This document shows, in pieces, positions 19,537 through 30,443 of a stretch of 64,000 nucleotides of DNA. Source of the DNA: an uncultured Acidimicrobiales bacterium (GTDB lineage: Bacteria; Actinomycetota; Acidimicrobiia; Acidimicrobiales; DATKAS01); NCBI GenBank assembly GCA_963739555.1, contig CAVUAV010000011.1, forward strand, positions 92,558 through 156,557, in the 5' to 3' direction. Made by a program: the position numbers and the translations under genes. Numbering within the stretch: position 1 is the first letter of the stretch; every line of letters begins with the position of its first letter. The notes beneath the pieces are model-generated. The model saw only the letters and a program-made list of their open reading frames with translations. It made no database searches and was not told the origin of the DNA.

Positions 19537-20736
19537 TCAGCCGGTGCGCACGTGCGCGGCGCCAGCCGCGACCAACGCCGCGATCGCGTCGGCGTCGTAG
19601 CCGACCTCCGCGAGCACCTCGGCGGTGTGCTCAGAACGCATCGGTGCGTGCCGGCGGACGCTCAAGGGTGAGCCATCCATGACCATCGACGGGCCGACGA
19701 CGCGATACGGCCCGACGACAGGGTGCTGCTGGATCGTCACCGTGCCGCGATTCAGACCGTCGTCGTGGAGGATCTCGTCGATGTCCGGCACTGCGTTCGC
19801 AGGGATGCCCTCGCGCTCGCAGAGCTCGAGCCATTCGGCCGTCGTGCGCTCCGCGACGATCGCGCCGAGGTTCGCGTAGACGACCTCCGCGTTGACCGAT
19901 CGAGCGGCGATGTCGGCGAACCAAGGCTCGTCGAGCAGCTGCTCGCGACCGACCGCGGCGAACAACCGTCGCCAATGGTCGTCGGTGTACGGCAGCAGGG
20001 CGACGTACCCGTCGCGCGTGCGGTGCGGGCCACGTGTCGTCGTGAGGATGCGGCTGTACCCAGAGGGCTCTCCTTCGATGGCCGCACGAGACAGATGCTC
20101 GACGAGGTTGAACGCGAGCACCGCGTCGAACATCGGCACTTCCACCCTCTGGCCGCTCCCGGTCCGCTCCCGGTGGAGCAGCGCCGCCAGGACGGCGCTG
20201 ACGATGGTCTGGCCCGCGACCTTGTCCCCGATGAGCGCGGGCAGGAACGTCGTGGCTCCCACCGTCGCGTTGCTGAGCCGAGCGAGACCTGTCGCGGCCT
20301 GGATGACGTCGTCGTACGCGGGCCGGTCCTCGTCCGCCGTGCCGGTGCGGAAGCCTTGCGCCTGGCAGTACACGAGCCTCGGCCTCGTCGGCGCGAGGTC
20401 GGAGTAGGTGAGGCGGAGGCGCCCGAGAGGGCCGGGACGAAGGTTCGTCACGAGCACGTCGCAGGTGTCGAGGATGCGAAGGAACGCGGCCATCCCATCC
20501 GGATGCTTCATGTCGAGCGTCACGCCGCGCTTGTTGCGGTTGATGTTCAGCGCGATGCCCGACATCTCCGGATGCGGCCCGCCGCCCATGAACCGGTTCG
20601 TGTCGCCCCGCCCGGTCTCGACCTTGATGACGTCCGCACCCAGGTCGCCGAGAAGCTGCGTCGCGTAGGGACCCATGATGACGCTGGTGAGGTCGAGCAC
20701 TCGAACGCCGTCGAGTGCTCCCGCCGCGTCGTTCAC
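19537..20736 (-). CDS. CaiB/BaiF family III CoA transferase
   Basis: LDGVRVLDLTSVIMGPYATQLLGDLGADVIKVE, NRNKRG and PAYDDVIQAATG. Confidence 0.93.
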   Translation of the reverse strand: MNDAAGALDGVRVLDLTSVIMGPYATQLLGDLGADVIKVETGRGDTNRFMGGGPHPEMSGIALNINRNKRGVTLDMKHPDGMAAFLRILDTCDVLVTNLRPGPLGRLRLTYSDLAPTRPRLVYCQAQGFRTGTADEDRPAYDDVIQAATGLARLSNATVGATTFLPALIGDKVAGQTIVSAVLAALLHRERTGSGQRVEVPMFDAVLAFNLVEHLSRAAIEGEPSGYSRILTTTRGPHRTRDGYVALLPYTDDHWRRLFAAVGREQLLDEPWFADIAARSVNAEVVYANLGAIVAERTTAEWLELCEREGIPANAVPDIDEILHDDGLNRGTVTIQQHPVVGPYRVVGPSMVMDGSPLSVRRHAPMRSEHTAEVLAEVGYDADAIAALVAAGAAHVRTG

Positions 20737-20761
20737 GAGCGAACCGTAGTTTGACGGCGTC

Positions 20762-22246
20762 ATGACCAACCTGTGGAGCTACGGCGCGGCTGACCTCGTC
20801 GAGATGATGCGGGCGCGCGAGGTCTCGTCACGAGAGGTCGTGACCGCGTTCCTCGCGCGGATCGACGCTCTCAACCCCACGTTCAACGCGATCGTCTCGA
20901 GGCGCCCAGACGACGAGGTGTTGGCCGAGGCCGACGCGGCCGATCATGCGCTCGCGTCCGGTGAAGACGTCGGCCCGCTGCACGGCTTGCCCCATGCGAT
21001 CAAGGACACCGCGAACACGGCAGGGCTACGGTCGACCTACGGGTCGCCGCTCTTCGCGGACCAGATCCCGACGGAGGACGGGCTCGCCGTCGCGCGGGTG
21101 CGCCATGCCGGAGCGATCTTCATCGGGAAGACGAACGTCCCCGAGTTCGGCCTCGGCTCGCACACCTACAACCCGGTCTTCGGCGCAACGGGCAATGCGT
21201 GGAACCCCGCGTTCAGCGCGGGCGGCTCGAGCGGTGGCGCGGCCGTGGCGGTGTCGCAACGAATGCTTCCGATCGCGGACGGCAGCGATCTCGGCGGATC
21301 GCTGCGGAACCCCGCGGGTTGGAACAACGTCTTCGCCCTGCGCCCGTCGCAGGGCCGGGTCCCTTCGTGGCCGCGCAGCGACGCCTTCTTCGCGCAGCTG
21401 GTCACGGAAGGTCCGATCGCGCGAAGCGCCTCGGACCTGGCCCTGCTGCTCGGGGTGCAGAGCGGTGAGGACCAACGCGCACCGCTCTCCTTGTCGAGCA
21501 CACCCGGCTGGGCGGATCACGCACCGCTCGACGTCGACCTCCGCGGTCGTCGGATCGCGTGGCTCGCCGACTTGGGCGGACACCTGCCGATGGAGCTGGG
21601 CGTGCTCTCCGTTTGCGAGGCGGCGTTGAAGGTCATCGCCGATGCGGGGCTCGCCGTCGACGCAATCACTCCCACCTTCGATTGGACGCGTCTCTGGCGG
21701 TGCTTCGTGGTCCTGCGCCAGTTCAGCCTGGGCGGCGATCTCGCTGGCGCGTACGCCGATCCCGCGGTCCGCGAGCTCATGAAGCCCGAGCTGCAATGGG
21801 AGCTCTCCGAGGCAAGAGAGCTCAGCGTCACCGACGTGCAGAGAGCAGTCGTCGCTCGCACCTCCTGGTACGACACGGTGCTCACGCTCTTCGGCGAGTT
21901 CGACTACCTCGCGCTGCCCTCGGCCCAGGTGTTCCCGTTTCCGGTCGGCGACACCTGGCCGACGACCATCGCGGGCCACGCGATGGACAGCTACCACCGC
22001 TGGATGGAAGTCGCGGTGCCCGGCACGCTGTCGGGCTCCCCGGTGATCAGCGTCCCCGCCGGCTTCGGCGGTGAGCACGACCTCCCGATGGGGCTGCAGA
22101 TGATCGGCCGTCCACGCGACGACCTCTCGTTGCTGCAGCTCGCCCGATTGTGGGAGCAGTGCGCTCCGTGGGTCGCGCTCTCTCCGCCGGATCCGAGCGA
22201 GGGCCGACGTCGTACACTGCCGCGCGATGTCACCCGTGCTTGCTGA
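20762..22246 (+). CDS. Amidase signature family protein
   Basis: GPLHGLPHAIKD, GKTNVPEFGLGSHTYN, GGSSGG and DGSDLGGSLRNPA. Confidence 0.93.
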   Translation: MTNLWSYGAADLVEMMRAREVSSREVVTAFLARIDALNPTFNAIVSRRPDDEVLAEADAADHALASGEDVGPLHGLPHAIKDTANTAGLRSTYGSPLFADQIPTEDGLAVARVRHAGAIFIGKTNVPEFGLGSHTYNPVFGATGNAWNPAFSAGGSSGGAAVAVSQRMLPIADGSDLGGSLRNPAGWNNVFALRPSQGRVPSWPRSDAFFAQLVTEGPIARSASDLALLLGVQSGEDQRAPLSLSSTPGWADHAPLDVDLRGRRIAWLADLGGHLPMELGVLSVCEAALKVIADAGLAVDAITPTFDWTRLWRCFVVLRQFSLGGDLAGAYADPAVRELMKPELQWELSEARELSVTDVQRAVVARTSWYDTVLTLFGEFDYLALPSAQVFPFPVGDTWPTTIAGHAMDSYHRWMEVAVPGTLSGSPVISVPAGFGGEHDLPMGLQMIGRPRDDLSLLQLARLWEQCAPWVALSPPDPSEGRRRTLPRDVTRAC

Positions 22247-23186
22247 GTCGCACGATCGCGCTCATCCCGTCGAGACCGACACCGCGTGGTCCGAGTCGTA
22301 CTACTTCAACTGCTACGACCCCGATGCCGACGTCGGCTTCTACACGCGGGTCGGCGTTCGCCCCAACGAGGGGACGATCGACGTGGGGCTGGCCGTGTGG
22401 CTCCCCGGTGGGGGCATCGACCACACCGGCCACCGCCGCGAGCAGACCGAGATGGTCGACTCCGTGCTCGACGTCGGCCCTGTGCGCTACGAGATGCTCG
22501 AGCCGATGAAGCGATGGCACCTCACGGCGAACGGCAAATCGCTGAAGGGCGAGCTCTCGATGGACGTCGTCTTCGAAGCCCGCACTCCCCCGATCGGTGC
22601 CGACGGCCAGAACCGTGAGGCGTCCGACTCGTCGAGCGCGGCGACGCGTCAGTCCGTGGGCAAGGGCCACCTCGAACAAGGCGGGCTCTGGAGCGGATGG
22701 ATCAGCGCCGGCGGCGAGCGACGCGAGCTCGGGCCCCGAGCGCGTGGCAACCGCGACAAGTCGTGGGGACCGCGCCGGTGGGGCGGTCCGAAGATGTGGC
22801 GTTGGTTCTCGATCAACATCGACGACGACACACACTTCGGGGGCATCGTGATCGGCACCGAGGCCGGCGATCTGCACCGCGGGTGGGTGTTCCGCGACGG
22901 CGAGCACGAGTCGATCGCCGAGTGGAAGGTGACGAGCGACCTCGCGCCCGACGGCGTGACGCATCGCGCCTCGCACGTCGTCGCACGGGACAAGGCCGGG
23001 CGAGATCACGTGCTCGAAGCCGAGATCCTTCGTGTCGAGCCGGGCGAGAAGGGCATCAAGCCCAACACGACGATCGTGAACGAAGGCCTCGCCCGCTGGA
23101 CATACGACGGTCGCACCGGCACCGGGATCAGCGAGTACCTCCACCAGCTCGACGCAGACGCACGGCCGGTCATCCCGATCGCCTGA
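22227..23186 (+). CDS. Conserved hypothetical beta-barrel protein (AttH / tocopherol-cyclase-like fold suspected)
   Basis: WSESYYFN, HLEQGG, GNRDKSWGPRRW and GTGISEY. Overlaps the amidase stop. Confidence 0.6.
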   Translation: MSPVLAESHDRAHPVETDTAWSESYYFNCYDPDADVGFYTRVGVRPNEGTIDVGLAVWLPGGGIDHTGHRREQTEMVDSVLDVGPVRYEMLEPMKRWHLTANGKSLKGELSMDVVFEARTPPIGADGQNREASDSSSAATRQSVGKGHLEQGGLWSGWISAGGERRELGPRARGNRDKSWGPRRWGGPKMWRWFSINIDDDTHFGGIVIGTEAGDLHRGWVFRDGEHESIAEWKVTSDLAPDGVTHRASHVVARDKAGRDHVLEAEILRVEPGEKGIKPNTTIVNEGLARWTYDGRTGTGISEYLHQLDADARPVIPIA

Positions 23187-23208
23187 CTCACTCCGCGAGA
23201 AGGCCCGC

Positions 23209-26200
23209 ATGGCTCAGTCAGCGCCCGGAGCACCGTCCGAGAGCGTCGATGGCCGCCTCGTGGGTCGGGCCACGGAGCTCGCGCATCTCGATCGTTGGCT
23301 CGACGAGGCGCTGCACGGAGCACCCCGCTTCATCGTCCTGAGCGGCGAGCCCGGGATGGGAACCACGCGCCTTGCTGACGAGGTGCAGGCGCGCGCTCGG
23401 CAGAGTGGGTTCCGCGTGCTGGCCGGCCGCTGCTTCGAAGACGTCGCCGTCCCGTACCTGCCGATGGTGACCGCGCTGCGTCCGTTGCTCACATCCGACG
23501 ACGCTCCCGTGCTCGAGCCATTGTTCGGCCGCGGCGCGTCGTCCGTCGCCGCTGATCCGAACGACCTCGCGCTGTACATCGGCGTCGCGGAGGCGCTCCT
23601 CGATGCCAGCAAGGACGCCGCGCTGTTGCTCTCACTCGACGGGCTCCAGTGGGCCGACCGAGCCACGCTCGACCTCCTCGCTCACGTCGTCGGCGCGCTC
23701 GCCCAGGCCGCGAACGACGCGACGGTGCCGGCGTGCGTCCTGATCACCGTCGGCGACGTCGATGCGGACGCTGCCGCGGCTCGCACGCTGCACCGGATCG
23801 CGCGCGAGCCCGGAGCGAGGGCGCTCGAGCTCCGCGGTCTCGACGCCGTCGAGGTCCACGACCTCCTGCTCGACCTCGCTCCCGTGCGGCCGTCGCGTCG
23901 CCTGACCCTCGAGGTCATGGAGACGACTGGGGGCAACCCGCTGCTGATCCGCGAGCTGCTCGACAACCTGCTCACCACTGGCGCGGCGACCGACCGCGGC
24001 GGCGAGCTCGTGCTCACGAGAGGCACGATGCCTGTCGTCGCGCTTCGCATGGACGCAGCGGCCGAGCGTCGTATCGGCGCACTGAGCCCCGATGCCCGTG
24101 ACCTCCTGCTCATCTGCGCGTTCCTGGGTGACGGCTGCGCGGTCGAGGATGTGAAGGTCGTCTCTGGCCTCGACGAGGACGCGATGGCCGAGCTCATCGA
24201 CGACGCGGTGAGTGCAGGATGCCTCCGCGACGACGGCGACGATCGCGTCCACTTCGCGAAGGCCCGCCTGCGTGAGGTGCTCTTCAGGGAGCCACAACGT
24301 CGGCAACGTCAGCTCCTGCACCGCCGGATCGCCGACGCTCTCGACAGCCAGAGCACCGAGGGCGGCGCGATGGCAGTGGCACATCATCTGCTGCGGGCAG
24401 GGCCGATAGCGGAACCCCAGCTCGTCATCGACACGTGTGCTCGGGCGGGTGACGAGGCGTTCTCGCTCGGGGCCTGGGGGCCCGCGGTCTGGTACTACGA
24501 CGAAGCCGCAAAGGCTGCCGCGAGCATCGAGCGAGGCGGGGGCACCAGTCCGATCCCGATCGTCGAGCTGCATCTCAGAGCCGGTGAAGCGGCCCAGCAC
24601 GACGTGGACTCGACTGCGGCCGAGCCGCATCTGAGTCGAGCCATCGAGCTCGCACGCGCCGCCGGAGACCTCCCGCGTTGGGCGCGAGCGCTGTTCGCCC
24701 AGATGCGCTTGCGAGTCACGACGTCGGGCGTCGACGCTGACCCGGCGAGCCTCCGAGACTTCCTCGACGCCGCCGGCGACGAGGTTCCGGAGCTCCGGGC
24801 CGAGGCTCTCGCGTTGCTCGCCGAGTACGAGTTCACGATCTCCGATCCGGAGCACGGGGCCGCGACCGCGCAGAGCTCGCTCGAGCTCGCCTCGTCGGTC
24901 GGTGACGAGAGGCTCGGCGCATACGTCTGGTTCTCGCTCGGGCTGCAACACCTGCGCACGTTGGCTCCCGCCCGGGCGGCCGAGTGCTTCGAGCGGGGAC
25001 TCGCGCATGCCGAGGCCGCGGGCTCGACGCGCTACGTGATCTGGAACACGGGCCGGATACCTGTGGCCCAGTGGCTGCTCGGCGAGATCGATGCGGCGGT
25101 CGTCGGATCCGAGCGCGCGGAGTCGCTGTCGACCACGCATCAGTACTGGGCTGAGCATTCACTCGCGTGTTCGCTCGGCGCGGGGCTCGCTGTCACGCAA
25201 GGTCGCTTCCGCGACGCGGAGCGTCTGGCCGAGAGCGGACTCCAGACCCTTCGGCGCACTGAGTTCACGGTGACTCCCCCCGTCCTCTTCGGCGCCCTCG
25301 CTGCCTGTCGCGCGTGGCGCGGCGACCATGCCGGCGCCCACGAGGCCCTCGAGATGTGGCGCAGTGCGTGGGGCGGTCGTCCTGGACGCCTCGCGCTGCT
25401 CGTCGACGCCATCGCCGGTGATCGTCGAAGCGTCGAATCGCAGCTCGCGTCGACACCTTGGCGCGACGCCGCCGGGCCGGCCGTTGATCTCTTCCGGCTT
25501 CCGGCGCTCGCCGCCCAAGTGGAGATCGGCGATGCGATCGGAGACGTCGCCCTGCTCGCCGCGGCCATCCCCGGCCTCGCTCAGGCAGTCGACCAGGGAG
25601 TGATGTGGACGACCGGCTGGCCGTCGCTCCTGCCGCGCCTGCTCGGCGTCGCTTCGATGGGCCTCAGCGACCGCCGCGCCGCGCACGAGTGGCTTGACCT
25701 CGCGGCGGATCAGGCGACGACGAGTCGGTCGTTGCCCGAGGCGGGACGCGTCGACTTCGAACGAGCGCGACTTGCAGCCGCGGAGGGAGACAGAGAGCTC
25801 GCCTTGGCGATGCTCGTCACGGCCGCGTCCACGTTCGACGAGCTCGGGCTCTTGCCCTTCCTCAGCCGGACAAGGGCCCTCGCCGATCAGCTGGGTGCCA
25901 AGGACGCGAGCGGGGGATCACCAGCGGGCACCCGGCGCACCGTCCTCTACAGCGATCTCGTGGAGTCGACGACGCTCAACGTGCGAGCAGGCGACCGGCA
26001 GATACCTCGAGCTGCTGCGTGAGCACGACCGCATCGTGCGCGCTCGACTTCGCGACCTCAACGGCGTCGAGTTCAAGCACACCGGCGACGGCATCGCGGC
26101 GTGGTTCTTCTCCGCGCTCGACGCGGTGATGTGCGCGCACGCGATCGCGGGCGATCTCGAGGAAGTCAACGTCTTGCACCCGACGTTCCCGCTGCAGCTG

Positions 26201-26428
26201 CGGTTCGGGTTGGCCTCAGGCTCGCCCCTCGAGGAGGGCCAGGACCTGTTCGGCCTCACCGTCGTCGAAGCCGCACGGCTGTGCGCCCTCGCGAAGCCAG
26301 GCCAAGTGCTCGTGACCGAGGAAGTCGCGTCGCAGGACGCGCGCCATGCCTACCGCTCGATCGGACGAAAGAAGCTCAAGGGGTTCCCCGACCCGATCGT
26401 GGTGTTCGAAGCGCTGCCCAAGAGCTGA
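23209..26428 (+). CDS. STAND-like AAA ATPase, helical (TPR-like) repeats and class III adenylyl cyclase (frameshift near 25995)
   Basis: LVGRATEL, GEPGMGTT, LDGLQWAD and TGGNPL; Ala/Leu-rich helical region; cyclase motifs LYSDLVEST, FKHTGDG and DLFGLTVVEAARLC. Confidence 0.85.
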
Positions 26429-26513
26429 CAGCGGCACTTTCACAAGTGCACACGCTTGGGTAGCGTGGGCCGACCCGGACCGCGGGGTGCGGTTCGAAGA
26501 AGTGGGGTGCGAC

Positions 26514-27427
26514 ATGCCTGGCGGGATGCCTTACCACTTGGAGAAGGGACCGTATCTGTCGGTCCTCGAGGCCCAGTTCAACTCCGACACCGAGCAGCTA
26601 CGGACACAGGCGAACCTTCTGATCAGCGGGCGAGCGCAGCATGAGACCACGTTCTACGACTGCCCCGCGATCGACCAGTTCCCCAAGGCCCCCCCATCGG
26701 GAGCCAGGGCGGCGCTTCGAGACCACATCTACAACCATTGGTTCGGGTGGACGGGGAGCGCCCCGAACTACACACCGCAAGTGCTCGTCGACGAACTGCT
26801 CGCTTCCCGCGAGCTATCCGCAACAGACCGGCTATTGGCGGGGATACCACGGTGACGTCGAGAAGATCGTCCGCACCACGCTCATGCGCGCCGCGGAAGT
26901 CGCGCTCGGCGTCGAACACGAGACTCCCCCGCAGATCCAGCACAGCGATGTGCGGAGGCACTGGCCGGCGGAGTTCTTCTGGGTGTGCGGCACCGACCGC
27001 TTCGAGGGCTACGTCACTTGGCGATCTGTCCTGCGGAAGCGACGGGGCCAGGTGACGGTCGTCTTCGTCACGCCGGCCACCCCGGACCCGCTCTTCAATG
27101 ACCTGACCACACAGGATCCATATCCGTTCACAACCGTTGTCAGCGACACCGCTCCGCGGCGTGCAAACCCCTTCTTCATCAGCCGCCCGCGGAAGAACGA
27201 CGCCATGCAGGGGATCTGGGTCGTGACCCACACCATTCACCAGCGTCACGCCGCCGTGTTGCCAGGGCCCACCTCGAGCCAGCAGGTGCTCATCCCCAGC
27301 CGCGCTGCTTCCAGTCGATGCCTCGTCGGCGGTGAACTCGTCGTTGATGGTCGGGTGCGGCGAGGTACGCACATTCGTGCCCAAGTTCGGCGACGGCGGC
27401 GTCGAACCCTTCGGAGTCACCTGCTGA
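26514..27427 (+). CDS. Hypothetical protein of about 300 aa, no family recognised (frameshifts near 26795 and 27300)
   Basis: MPGGMPYHLEKGP...HWFGW, then TGYWRGYHGDVE...HWPAEFFWVCG...FEGYVTW, then ...PKFGDGGVEPFGVTC*. Coding-like codon usage across three frames. Confidence 0.65.
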
Positions 27428-27439
27428 GGAGGTCCAGCG

Positions 27440-27871
27440 ATGTCAGACCCTGCATGGAGTGACCACCGCGTCGTCCAGCTGGTGATAGAGGATCTGCTGG
27501 CTGCGCTGAACGAGACGTTCGAGCAGACCGGCGGCTTCTCCCCCGCGTCCGATCTGCCCGCCCCGATCGAAGCCGATGGGTACACGGTCGTGGCGTGGGA
27601 GTACCGCGGGAAGGAGCGGCTGAACCACCTCGCACGCAAGGAATTCCTCGCCGGGCGACGCGATGTGGTCGTCCGCGGCATCACCGTCGTCACCACCTCG
27701 GACCAGGGGCCGCGCTTTCACCGGTACATCGACTGGGCGGGGGTCTACGAACAGCTCGGCATGGTGCCGGGACGTCCGAGCCTTGGGGTCGTGCAGGAGG
27801 CGATGATCGGCTCTGACGAGAACAAGCACCCAGTGCTCGTGTCTCCGGAGCACTCGAAGCTCAGCCAGTGA
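27440..27871 (+). CDS. Hypothetical protein, possible SnoaL/NTF2-like fold
   Basis: RBS GGAGG; VVAWEYRG...VVVRGITVV...FHRYIDWAGVYEQLG resembles the C-terminus of SnoaL/ester-cyclase proteins. Confidence 0.6.
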   Translation: MSDPAWSDHRVVQLVIEDLLAALNETFEQTGGFSPASDLPAPIEADGYTVVAWEYRGKERLNHLARKEFLAGRRDVVVRGITVVTTSDQGPRFHRYIDWAGVYEQLGMVPGRPSLGVVQEAMIGSDENKHPVLVSPEHSKLSQ

Positions 27872-28835
27872 GCTGAGAAAGCAACGCGTCGTCGGCGGAG
27901 AAGTCGTACTCGAACGTGTCGCGGCCCTCGCGATCGAACCATGCGTACGAATCTGCATATGCGGCTTCGAGGCCGTAGCTCGGCGACCAGTCGAGATCGC
28001 GCACCGCCTTGTCGACCGAGAACATGGCGCCGCCGACGGTCGCCTCGCCCCAGTGCACGAGCGCGTGGCGAGCGTGACGCGCGATGTCGAGGGGGACATG
28101 CACGACGTCGGGGCGCACACCGACGGCCCGAGCCATCAGCTCGATGCAACCGAGGACGCTCGTGATCTCGCTGCCCGCGACGTTGTAGATCTGCTGGTGC
28201 GCGCGTTCGTTGCCGATGAGCGAGACCATCAGTGATGCCACGTCCTGCACGTGCACGAGATGGACGAAGGGGAAGCCCTCCGCCGGGATGAGGATCGGAC
28301 GACCCAGCTCGAGACGGCGGAAGAAGATGGGCTCGCGGGTCACGAGCGGGCTGTGCGGACCGATCGTGTGCGTGACACGCAGCGACGTCGCGTGCAGCTC
28401 TGGGATCGAGAGCAGGAAGCGCTCGCAGCTGACCTTCCCCACGCCGTATCCCTTGCGGGGGTCGCTGTCATCGGCAGCATGCGTCGCGTGAGACTCGGTG
28501 ACCGGCTGGATGAAGCTGCGCTTGTACACCGCGACCGAGCTCGTGAACACGAACTGCGTGACGCGTCCGCGGAACAGGTCGACCATCGGCTCGAGGTCGC
28601 CAACGGTGTACGCGGTGTTGTCGAACACGACGTCGAAGTCGTCGCGATGCGAGCTCAGCGCGTAGTGGATCGCTCCCGGCACTCGGCGGTCGGCGTGGAT
28701 GCGCCGAGCTCCGGCCGGCAACGGCGCTTCGTGGCTGTTCATGACCGTGACGTCGTGACCCTGTCGAGCGAGCTCGAACACGAGGTGACGACCGATGTAG
28801 CGATTGCCTCCCATCACCAACGCGCGCATCGCCAT
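27861..28835 (-). CDS. NAD-dependent epimerase/dehydratase family protein
   Basis: LVMGGNRYIG, FTSSVAVY, YGVGK and HVQDVA. Confidence 0.88.
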   Translation of the reverse strand: MAMRALVMGGNRYIGRHLVFELARQGHDVTVMNSHEAPLPAGARRIHADRRVPGAIHYALSSHRDDFDVVFDNTAYTVGDLEPMVDLFRGRVTQFVFTSSVAVYKRSFIQPVTESHATHAADDSDPRKGYGVGKVSCERFLLSIPELHATSLRVTHTIGPHSPLVTREPIFFRRLELGRPILIPAEGFPFVHLVHVQDVASLMVSLIGNERAHQQIYNVAGSEITSVLGCIELMARAVGVRPDVVHVPLDIARHARHALVHWGEATVGGAMFSVDKAVRDLDWSPSYGLEAAYADSYAWFDREGRDTFEYDFSADDALLSQLTG

Positions 28836-28927
28836 GACCCTAATCAGGGCAACCCGAACGTCCCCAAGGCGCGACGAAAGGACCAACAGCACTGGCGAGG
28901 GGCCGTCGTCCCCCGCACGATCACAGC

Positions 28928-30431
28928 ATGAGGTCGCGGAGCCGAGCTCACCATGGTGCCGTCAGCCACGTGGTCGTGTGGGCTGGCGCACTCGCCCTTG
29001 TCAGCTCGCTGCTCCCCGCCTGCGGGGGCTCCTCAACGTCCACGTCTTCGACGGGCACCTCGTCGACGGGACTCGTGCTCGAGGCGTGCACTGTCGATGG
29101 CGTGTCGGCAAGATGCGGGACCCTGAGCGTTCCCGAGGACCGACTCGGAGGCGGTGGTCCTCAGATCCCGATCCGGGTCGTGGTGATCCCCGCTACCGAT
29201 CCGCACCGGCAGTCCGATCCGATCGTCTGGTTCGCAGGCGGTCCCGGCGATTCTGCGGTGGACACGATCAGCCGGGTGCGACCGCTCCTCGCGGCGAACA
29301 CCGACCGAGATCTGGTCTTCGTCGAACAGCGCGGCACCGGGGCCTCGAACATCACCTGCCCGGCGTTCCCGGGGCTCGACGACAAGGTGGCGCTTCGGTC
29401 GGCCGTCGAGTCGTGCTTGGCGAGCCTGCGCGCTGACCTGCGCTTCTACACAACGGCCATGTTCGCGGACGATCTCGACGAGGTCCTTTCCGATCTTCAC
29501 TACGAGAAGGCCAACCTCGTCGGCATCTCCTATGGCACCACGGGTGAGCAGGTCTTCTCGACGAGGCACCCGGATCGGGTCCGCACGATGACACTGCTCA
29601 GTGGCACGCCTCTCGACGTTCCGGTGTTCGAGCGGTTCCCCGAGAACGCACAGCGCGCCCTCGACCTCGTGTTCGACGAGTGCGAGCGGGCCCCGGCCTG
29701 TCAGCAGGCCTTTCCGACTCTCCGCGCCGACTGGACCGCCCTGTGGAGCTCGGTGAGCGCATCGCCCTGGGTTGTGCCGGCCGACCAGTCACCGAGCGGC
29801 ACCGAGGTCAGCCTCGACTCGAGTTGGGTCGCCTCGAAGCTGCATGACCTCCTTCTCGTCGCCACGACCCAAACCAGGCTCCCGCTCCTCGTGCACACCC
29901 TCGGCGCCACCGAAGACCGGGTCGCTGCCTTGCTCGCCGTCACCCAGGCGTACCCGGATTCTCCAGGTACGGGCTCCAGCGAACAACAGATGCTCCCCTA
30001 CGCCATCCGATGCAACGAGGCGTGGGCCCGCGACGATCCCAGCAAGCTCGTCGGCGCCGGACAGCTTCGAATACGGGCTGGACCGAAGCAACGCCGAATG
30101 GTGGCAGGAAGTCTGCGCGCTCATCCCCAAGGCCAGTGACACGACCGCAACCGCGGAGTCGACGAAGTCCGACGTGCCCGTCCTCGCCTTCAATGGCGAG
30201 GAGGACCCGCAGGACCCGCCGGGCAACATGGCGGGAGCCCACGAGCTCTGGCCGAACAGCCTCGTGCTGACAGTGCCCGGGCAAGGACACGACATCGACC
30301 CGGTGTCCGCGGGCTGCGAGATCCCACTCATCAAGTCATTCATCGAGCAGGGCGGCGTCGCCGGACTCGACACGACGTGTCTTTCGAAGCTTCCGCCGCC
30401 CTCGTTCGATCTCACGCTCCCCGGCGGTTGA
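28928..30431 (+). CDS. TAP-like alpha/beta hydrolase lipoprotein (frameshift near 30055)
   Basis: Lipobox LLPAC, CGTLSVPED, AGGPG, EQRGTG, GISYGT, GEEDPQDP and PGQGH. Confidence 0.85.
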
Positions 30432-30443
30432 GCCGGCCGAGGA

